From positions 13,484 to 77,483 of IMG/VR virus record IMGVR_UViG_3300045988_132927: a stretch of DNA of 64,000 bases. The stretch is one strand, 5' to 3'. The stretch's first letter is position 1; each line of letters starts with the position of its first letter. Below are positions 57,686-64,000 of this stretch, piece after piece. The notes beneath the pieces were generated by a model that was not told the origin of the DNA, did not search any database, and worked only from the letters and a program-made list of their open reading frames with translations. This DNA is from a virus. The position numbers and the translations under genes were made by a program.

Positions 57686-58252
57686 CTATTTCAACCTGCC
57701 GTAACTCATATCAGGATCACACCAGACATACCCGTCTTTCTCATCATGGAGATACTCAGGACATCCTCTACATGCGCTACTTCCTGACACTATTTGATTG
57801 TTTTTATTAGGGCACTTATCTCCAGGTTTATGCCATTCTATTCTCGAACCTGATCGCTCTTTGTTTACATGACAGAATTGAAATACTTTTCCCATCGTCT
57901 TCTCGCCAAACATACCTATATGTGTGTATTCTTCCGGTATAGAGAGAAATTCAGATAAATCTTTATACATCCTTTCCCGTTCCTCCGGCGTAGACCATAG
58001 TCTGTCAAGTTCGGCATGGACTCTTATCTTAAGAGATCTCAGTGATGGCCCCGCAAGCCGGCCTTTAGCTTTTCCCTTATTCGGCCCTGATTCATGAACA
58101 CCGACATAAGCGTTGCATGGTTTACACATCATAACCATCCCTAAGCCTTTTCTGCTATATATTTTATCGGCATTTACCAGCTCAGTCTCTCTTCCGCAAT
58201 AAGGACAAATTTCGCCTCTTAAAACCCGTTGTTGGCGCTCATTAAGTTCCAT
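57686..58252 (-). CDS. zinc-ribbon protein of unknown function
   Basis: CPYCG...CKPCN and CRGCPEY motifs. Confidence 0.45.
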   Translation of the reverse strand: MELNERQQRVLRGEICPYCGRETELVNADKIYSRKGLGMVMMCKPCNAYVGVHESGPNKGKAKGRLAGPSLRSLKIRVHAELDRLWSTPEERERMYKDLSEFLSIPEEYTHIGMFGEKTMGKVFQFCHVNKERSGSRIEWHKPGDKCPNKNNQIVSGSSACRGCPEYLHDEKDGYVWCDPDMSYGRLK

Positions 58253-58497
58253 ACCCTATTCTTTTGTTTTTCTTTAAACTTTTCATACAAACTGTTTTCA
58301 GTTTCCATTTCCGAGATCTCTACCTCTACGTCCTCTCTTTTGAAAATTACTTTCTTGGCTGTCGGATACGCACATTTAGAGATACGAATAGCATTACGAA
58401 TAGCGTAAACAAAATACGTTTCTGGTGACGATTCGATCACCACTACCTCATTTAAAGTATTTTTATAATTTTCCATGTTGTTATCTACTTGCTTCAA
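58219..58497 (-). CDS. hypothetical protein
   Basis: 92-aa ORF. Confidence 0.4.
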   Translation of the reverse strand: MKQVDNNMENYKNTLNEVVVIESSPETYFVYAIRNAIRISKCAYPTAKKVIFKREDVEVEISEMETENSLYEKFKEKQKNRVWNLMSANNGF

Positions 58498-58834
58498 TTA
58501 TATAACCCGGATGATCTTCACACGCCTCTTTGTATTTGATAAGAAACTTAAGAAATGAATCATAAGACCCCCATCCATTTTCTGGCTCGTATTTCAAAAG
58601 ACTTTTTCTCTTGGAGATCATAATACATATACCTTTTGTAAGTACATTCTTCATCTCATTGGTATCTATTTCCCTACCCAATTCTTCTGGTCTCCAAACA
58701 TAATCGTACAGCGTTTCTTTATTTTCTGATACGAATATTCTTTGTGCCATCTTGTTCATGTTGTGGGTGATGTTCGCAACCCATTCACGATCCTCTTCTT
58801 TCTTCTTACTTTTAATATAAACGTCCAGGCTCAT
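58481..58834 (-). CDS. hypothetical protein
   Basis: 117-aa ORF. Confidence 0.4.
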   Translation of the reverse strand: MSLDVYIKSKKKEEDREWVANITHNMNKMAQRIFVSENKETLYDYVWRPEELGREIDTNEMKNVLTKGICIMISKRKSLLKYEPENGWGSYDSFLKFLIKYKEACEDHPGYIIEASR

Positions 58835-59825
58835 ACTGTTTTTCTTTTACCTTGTTATTGATTATCAAATCTGCCACATCATCTCCGTCTCCTACATTTT
58901 CAACATTTTGAAGATAGTCCGATACTTTTATCCTTGACTTCATCATCATCCCATCTATCTTTTTACTCCATGTCTCAAATGCTTGTCCTTTGTCCGGAAA
59001 AGCTACAGTCTTTCTATCTTTTAAGACATCTATCACTTCCGGCCTTAGATTCTGCAACCCACCGGTAGCTACAAATAACTCATCTGGTTTATTCACAGCG
59101 CATATAATAGCCGTCTTTTCTGATTCCACCAGATTAACCACCTTATCCGGATACTGGCTTAGAAGATGCTCTCCGAACAGGCATTGTCTAAACAAGAAGT
59201 CTCTTGCATGCAACGAGTGATAAAACATAACATGAGGCCGCTCATTGTCACCGTCTTTTTCCTTCACTCTTTTTACATCAATCTCATTCCCCTGGCCGTC
59301 GGTTTTTATATAAAAGTCCATGATCTTGCCGGTTCTACATACAAAATCTTTATCTATCTGCCAGAATATACAACACCCTTTCCATCCCCATAAGTCCATT
59401 GTTCCGACATGATATCTTCTAAACACGTCAGATACCCTTTCTTTTCCCCATAGAGACGATAAAAACCTAAATACAGTATTTCTATCATCTGGAACTACAG
59501 TCCTCTCAAACTCGCTAAAAGGTATGTAATTTACAACGTCAGGATTTACAGGAGGACGATAAGCTCTTATACACTTATTTCCCGAAATCCAAAGATCTTT
59601 GTCACCTACATCCTTGCCGGTAGGTCGTTTATCATAACCGCAAGTCCGTTCATGATCGCATCTCCCGAACTCATTTCCAACTACCTGACCTGTTGCCACA
59701 TCAATATAAGGAGTGAGGCACCGGCTTTTCCCGCAAGCCGGGCAGGTCAGCTTTAGTCGGCTCCTGCCAGGTCTGCGGTCAAGTTGAAACCGAGGTACGT
59801 TTTCGTATTTTCTAAAATCAAGCAT
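58812..59825 (-). CDS. putative DNA primase (N-terminal zinc ribbon plus TOPRIM-like core)
   Basis: CPACGKSRC...GRCDHERTCGY zinc ribbon; LVESEKTAIICA and VAFPDKGQAF TOPRIM-like acidic motifs. Confidence 0.45.
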   Translation of the reverse strand: MLDFRKYENVPRFQLDRRPGRSRLKLTCPACGKSRCLTPYIDVATGQVVGNEFGRCDHERTCGYDKRPTGKDVGDKDLWISGNKCIRAYRPPVNPDVVNYIPFSEFERTVVPDDRNTVFRFLSSLWGKERVSDVFRRYHVGTMDLWGWKGCCIFWQIDKDFVCRTGKIMDFYIKTDGQGNEIDVKRVKEKDGDNERPHVMFYHSLHARDFLFRQCLFGEHLLSQYPDKVVNLVESEKTAIICAVNKPDELFVATGGLQNLRPEVIDVLKDRKTVAFPDKGQAFETWSKKIDGMMMKSRIKVSDYLQNVENVGDGDDVADLIINNKVKEKQYEPGRLY

Positions 59826-60168
59826 TTTTAATTCCCCTCATTGCCTCTATTATTCTATCTGCTATAGTTATAGACCATGACACCACATCTGGTACATATA
59901 CTCCGCAATCTATTTCACCTTTTCTATTTTGTGCTTTAACAAACTCAATAGAATAAGCCTTAACAAGATCGAATCTACGTTGTTCCCAGTCTACATCTTT
60001 GTTTTCGTCATTTACAGGAAGGGTATCGAGATAAAAATTTAAACTCTCACTTATCACATTCCCATTATCACCATAGAACTGTATTCTGTCATGGTCGCTT
60101 CTTGTAGTTGAGCTACTAAAGGTGATTACGTCTATTATCTCTCCTGTTCTTCTAATTTTTCTCTTCAT
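59818..60168 (-). CDS. hypothetical protein
   Basis: 116-aa ORF. Confidence 0.4.
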   Translation of the reverse strand: MKRKIRRTGEIIDVITFSSSTTRSDHDRIQFYGDNGNVISESLNFYLDTLPVNDENKDVDWEQRRFDLVKAYSIEFVKAQNRKGEIDCGVYVPDVVSWSITIADRIIEAMRGIKNA

Positions 60169-60398
60169 ACTCTTCTTGTGTTTCTAACCAGTATAGGCAT
60201 TGTTACATTAACATTCTTGCCATATTTCTCATAAGATATGAGTATGCATATTGCATACTTATCCCCTATTTTCAAATCTTTCGATAATCTTAATCTTGAC
60301 CCCCTTTTGATGTTAATAAAATAACCACCAAAAGGATTGATACATATCGGTTTTACAATTTCCACATAATCTCCTTTAGGAATAACAATATCACTCAT
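60165..60398 (-). CDS. hypothetical protein
   Basis: 77-aa ORF. Confidence 0.35.
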   Translation of the reverse strand: MSDIVIPKGDYVEIVKPICINPFGGYFINIKRGSRLRLSKDLKIGDKYAICILISYEKYGKNVNVTMPILVRNTRRV

Positions 60399-61711
60399 AT
60401 TACGAATCTTTTAGACATTTCCTCTGCAATATCATATACAACCGTATGATCCTCTTCATTGTATGGTTTATTGATATTTAATACTCCTTTTCTCACTTTG
60501 AACTTCTTATCTTTTCTAAGGTGATTCAACATACCTTGTTGGAATACGCAGTCCGCCTTTTCAAGTGCTATACTGTCTTCTGTCCATTCTTTCAGCGTAT
60601 ATCCTTTGCTACTCGTGCTTTTTGGAGAAAAGTTCATAATACGTGCATCAATCCCATACCATGCTTTAACCATTCTTCTTTCAGCTTCTAATTGAAATGC
60701 GTATGATTCCCATATTCCCCCTGATTTAAAGTCGAGAATAACCACTTCTTCCTTCTCCACTTCTCTTACCTCCTTCTTCGGATCACCTTTCTTAAACTGC
60801 CCTGTGGCCCTTTGATACACGGCTCCAAAATAACCTTCTTCTTTGTATTTGAATGTCATTTTAACCATCGCATCTATCGGCGTAGCTACCAAATAATCTT
60901 CTAATGATAATATTCTTTCAATCATCATCGGTTTAACCTTATATTCCGAACAAAACTTGGCAAACTTCATAACTCTGACAATCATATCGTCAAGATCATC
61001 TATGCTATTAAAGAACCGATCAAGATTTTTCTTAGATATCTTCAGCTTACCTTCTTGCACTGTCTTAACCACAAAGCTTCGATTTAAGACCATATCTCTA
61101 CCTGTTAGGTACAATCCGTATAAGTAGTGCATGATCGTTCCCTTATCGGCTTCATACTGCGCCACCTCTTCTGGATTGCGACCAAGCATCTTTATCTCTT
61201 GCTTCCATTCCTGAAGTGCTGTCTTATCGTCCACATACCCATCTTTGATTAAGGTTGTTACCGAAGCATATATCTTAGCCGTCCCATCATCCATCTTTCT
61301 TACATAAAAACGATTATCGTCTAATGTCAATCTTACGAATTTGGGGGTCTCAATCTTCTTTAACTCATCACAGATATAAAACGGCTCTAATGTTTCCTGA
61401 TTTTCTGTAAACGGATTCGAATCTTCTTCTCCAGGGTTAGGAGCGGCTTCCTCCGCCGGAGCTTCCGGTTCCTCTCCCTGGACCGGCTCTGGCTCAGGCG
61501 CCGGCTCTTTAACTACTGGAACCTGTCCGCCTCTTTCTGCTATGTCTCTGTTCTTTATTAAAGACATAACCTCCTTCTTCAACTGCTCTGGTGTTTGGTT
61601 AGGATCTGACACCGACATCACAACATCGTTCATTCTAAACAACGTATTTCCTTCTCCTTCTACCATAGGCGCAAACCCTAAATCTGTCAATATTTTTATT
61701 TTCTCTTTCAT
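60395..61711 (-). CDS. hypothetical protein, possible PD-(D/E)xK nuclease-like C-terminal domain
   Basis: EVEKEEVVILDFKSGG resembles E..(I/V)DxK nuclease motif; acidic PEPEP linker. Confidence 0.4.
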   Translation of the reverse strand: MKEKIKILTDLGFAPMVEGEGNTLFRMNDVVMSVSDPNQTPEQLKKEVMSLIKNRDIAERGGQVPVVKEPAPEPEPVQGEEPEAPAEEAAPNPGEEDSNPFTENQETLEPFYICDELKKIETPKFVRLTLDDNRFYVRKMDDGTAKIYASVTTLIKDGYVDDKTALQEWKQEIKMLGRNPEEVAQYEADKGTIMHYLYGLYLTGRDMVLNRSFVVKTVQEGKLKISKKNLDRFFNSIDDLDDMIVRVMKFAKFCSEYKVKPMMIERILSLEDYLVATPIDAMVKMTFKYKEEGYFGAVYQRATGQFKKGDPKKEVREVEKEEVVILDFKSGGIWESYAFQLEAERRMVKAWYGIDARIMNFSPKSTSSKGYTLKEWTEDSIALEKADCVFQQGMLNHLRKDKKFKVRKGVLNINKPYNEEDHTVVYDIAEEMSKRFVI

Positions 61712-61893
61712 GATCTTCCTCTAATCAATTCTTCTTTAATACAATGTAACACTGTTTCCACTTCATCTTTATCTCTATCTTTCACTGCGATAGCTATATC
61801 CTTGCCATAACTCTCTCTTCGTATGTGAGCATAAAAGATAGTTTCATCGTCAGCTTCTATTCTTATTTTATAAAGTTTTCTCATATCTGTCAA
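61708..61893 (-). CDS. hypothetical protein
   Basis: 61-aa ORF. Confidence 0.3.
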   Translation of the reverse strand: MTDMRKLYKIRIEADDETIFYAHIRRESYGKDIAIAVKDRDKDEVETVLHCIKEELIRGRS

Positions 61894-62383
61894 TTATTTC
61901 AATAATTAATCTACCTCTTTCTTTAATCATTCCCCTGCTTTCCATATCCAGTACCTTCTTTACCGCATACTTCCACACAAAAGGAAATTCTGTTTCAAGT
62001 TTATCAAATTCCATCCGGTCAAGATACATGTCGAATACCGTATGCTCCGATTCATGAAGGAAAACTATATTATCCCTGCAAGTAGCAACCGACTTATATA
62101 TCCTTTTCGGAAGTATGTGACATACGTTACATACTGTAGGAAAATGAATAGCCTTACCGGTCATAGACATTCGAATAGTACTCAACTCCTCCAACATAAG
62201 ACGAAAAAACCCGGATAAATCCGGGTTCTCTAACTTTTTCTTCTTGCTGCTGTTTTTAATGGATGTAATTCTGTCTTTTTTCTTCGGAGTCAACTCTTTG
62301 CTCCTGCAAGCCTGGCATAAGCCATGACTTCTTATCATTACTTTTCGTCCGCATTTTTCGCAGACGTACAATTTCTTTTCCAC
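61868..62383 (-). CDS. zinc-ribbon protein
   Basis: CEKCGRKV...CQACRS. Confidence 0.4.
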   Translation of the reverse strand: MEKKLYVCEKCGRKVMIRSHGLCQACRSKELTPKKKDRITSIKNSSKKKKLENPDLSGFFRLMLEELSTIRMSMTGKAIHFPTVCNVCHILPKRIYKSVATCRDNIVFLHESEHTVFDMYLDRMEFDKLETEFPFVWKYAVKKVLDMESRGMIKERGRLIIEIIDRYEKTL

Positions 62384-62581
62384 TTTTTATATTTCGATAC
62401 AAGCGATATGTATTTAGATATAAGCGATATACTTGAAAAAGATAACGCCGTTAAAGACAGCGTATATGGTAAGTTCATTAACCATCTTGGCACTTCTTCT
62501 GTCTTAATCACTATCAGTAAAGTAGCACCTGCCACTACCAATAATACAATTGCTATCGCAAGTGCTACACGGGAAACAACA

Positions 62582-63052
62582 TCACTCATCAGTTTTCTTT
62601 TCTCCCAATTTTTCTACGCCTTTTTGCAGATCGTATTTAAACACTTCAATGATTTTCGTTTCCACAATAGACTCGCAATTCCAGTCTCCCAACGTACCCT
62701 GCATACCTTTAGTCAACACAGCTTCGGCGTCTTTAGGATTGCCGGCTTGGACATACATATAGCATGGCGTTTTCTTTTCTTTACCTTTCTTTTCATCCAG
62801 TGTAATGTAATTCACCTTGCACTTATACCAGTACTCAGCTTCTCCGTTGAAAAAGATTTCTGACACTTTAATAGGGTTAATTTTTACAACCTCGAAAGAA
62901 TTGTACAAATCCTTAAAGATCTCCAACGATCTTGATTCTGCCTCTGTATAAGACAAGGCATCCACCAAATACTTTTCAGTTACTTTCTTTTTTTTGCCGT
63001 TCTCGATATTATCAATCTCGGCTTTTACCGTAATTTCAAACCAGCGATTCAT
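62582..63052 (-). CDS. hypothetical protein
   Basis: 156-aa ORF. Confidence 0.45.
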   Translation of the reverse strand: MNRWFEITVKAEIDNIENGKKKKVTEKYLVDALSYTEAESRSLEIFKDLYNSFEVVKINPIKVSEIFFNGEAEYWYKCKVNYITLDEKKGKEKKTPCYMYVQAGNPKDAEAVLTKGMQGTLGDWNCESIVETKIIEVFKYDLQKGVEKLGEKKTDE

Positions 63053-63063
63053 TGTATTAATAT

Positions 63064-63372
63064 TTAATTAGTTGATTTCTTTCCTTTCTCTATACTATTT
63101 TTAAATCTTTCAGAACACCACTGCAAAACGTCCATCATCATCATCTCATTATTAGATAAGATACCTTTTATAACTAACGCCAATTGATGCTGTGGCATTC
63201 TTTGGCTCATATCAAATCTTCTTTCCTCTTCATTTACTATCGTAGCCACGAAATACTTACACCCCTCTAAGTGCGTCAGGGCTTCAATCATAGCTTCTTT
63301 TATCTCTTTTTCTTCCATTATGTTTGTTTTTTTTGGGCAAAGATATGTCTTTTGATAATAAAAAAGATTCAA
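63064..63372 (-). CDS. hypothetical protein
   Basis: 102-aa ORF. Confidence 0.4.
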   Translation of the reverse strand: MNLFYYQKTYLCPKKTNIMEEKEIKEAMIEALTHLEGCKYFVATIVNEEERRFDMSQRMPQHQLALVIKGILSNNEMMMMDVLQWCSERFKNSIEKGKKSTN

Positions 63373-63392
63373 AATGATTTAATTTAGCTTAA

Positions 63393-63836
63393 TTACTGCT
63401 CTTTTGATTCGTCCGGTATAGGCATGTCAAACTTTTTTCTGATAAACGACTCTGTTTCTTCATTGAATGGATAGGCTTCCTTAATAAAATTCATAGCTAC
63501 CTCCATATCACCGTCTGCTATATCTTTATACCTTTCAAAGATACCAACCAGGTCATTGTTATATGAACGCTCTTGTTTTATGTTGTACACGTATTTCAAC
63601 ACCCTGTCTTTGATTTCATTGGCATTTTTCAAAGTGTTATTGAAGGAATTTATACTTTCCAATTCTGGATCTTCGTTTTCCTTGTTTACCTTATCAAACT
63701 CTTCTTTGCTATACCCCGCTTCCCCTTTAATAGCCGGGCAAACACTTTCTTTTATGATCCAAAACTGTTCATACGATCCTGTCAGAAACCTTGATTCTAT
63801 TTTAAATGCATTATATTTAACAAGCAAATTAGCCAC
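63393..63836 (-). CDS. hypothetical protein
   Basis: 147-aa ORF. Confidence 0.45.
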   Translation of the reverse strand: MANLLVKYNAFKIESRFLTGSYEQFWIIKESVCPAIKGEAGYSKEEFDKVNKENEDPELESINSFNNTLKNANEIKDRVLKYVYNIKQERSYNNDLVGIFERYKDIADGDMEVAMNFIKEAYPFNEETESFIRKKFDMPIPDESKEQ

Positions 63837-64000
63837 CTCAGTTGCACCTTCTATGGTTCTAAAACCGATGCCGATATCTTTTAACTTGACACACTCCCAT
63901 CGCTAAAGCAAATGGGATTCTTGGATACAAACGCAAGAAACCCCGATATTAATATCGCTGGAATTACTCTTGCTCTCCAATTCGGAAATGCCCTTCCGAA

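Noticed and set aside
1-64000. CRISPR array or other regularly spaced repeat-spacer structure
   Set aside because: No run of 25-40 bp direct repeats with unique spacers was seen; the repeats found are hairpin families (8089-8261) and junction duplications (22199-23497), not CRISPR-like.

Overview
This is an AT-rich (~37% GC) double-stranded DNA phage or prophage segment, most likely infecting a Bacteroidetes host. The host assignment rests on repeated TTTG-N19-TAnnTTTG promoter boxes in front of genes and an otherwise phage-typical gene content. No integrase or host genes are visible in the window.

Layout:
- 0-8.5 kb: an accessory block holding a KilA-N protein and a polycistronic cluster of three tRNA-like/Y-RNA-like elements directly upstream of a Ro60/TROVE (Rsr) gene. 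These are followed by an HExxH mini-metalloprotease and an 806-aa protein with two lysozyme-like (SLT) domains.
- 7.8-8.6 kb: a GC-rich structured noncoding island containing three hairpins with covarying stems and an identical 11-nt loop.
- 8.6-25.7 kb and 35.2-42.9 kb: plus-strand late/structural modules with translationally coupled giant ORFs (946, 1019, 2223 and 2140 aa). Each of the two largest is followed by a pair of small lectin-like ORFs that all begin MRRR(F/Y), with mosaic duplicated junction repeats.
- 25.7-35.2 kb: an accessory/moron region with a small LacI-type HTH protein, a Bro-N antirepressor, a Gly/Cys/Gln-rich membrane protein, an RGG-rich protein, a DUF2829 (Tad2-like) fusion protein, and a compact TnpB-like RuvC nuclease that lacks the usual zinc finger.
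- 43-64 kb: a minus-strand early/replication module. It has a C5 cytosine methyltransferase, a MazG/DUF550-like dNTP pyrophosphohydrolase, an SF2 helicase, a Cas4-like PD-(D/E)xK Fe-S nuclease, a DnaB-like helicase and a primase-like protein. An unusual flotillin(SPFH)-NfeD-acyl carrier protein trio is embedded in it.

No CRISPR array, rRNA, integrase or reverse transcriptase was seen.
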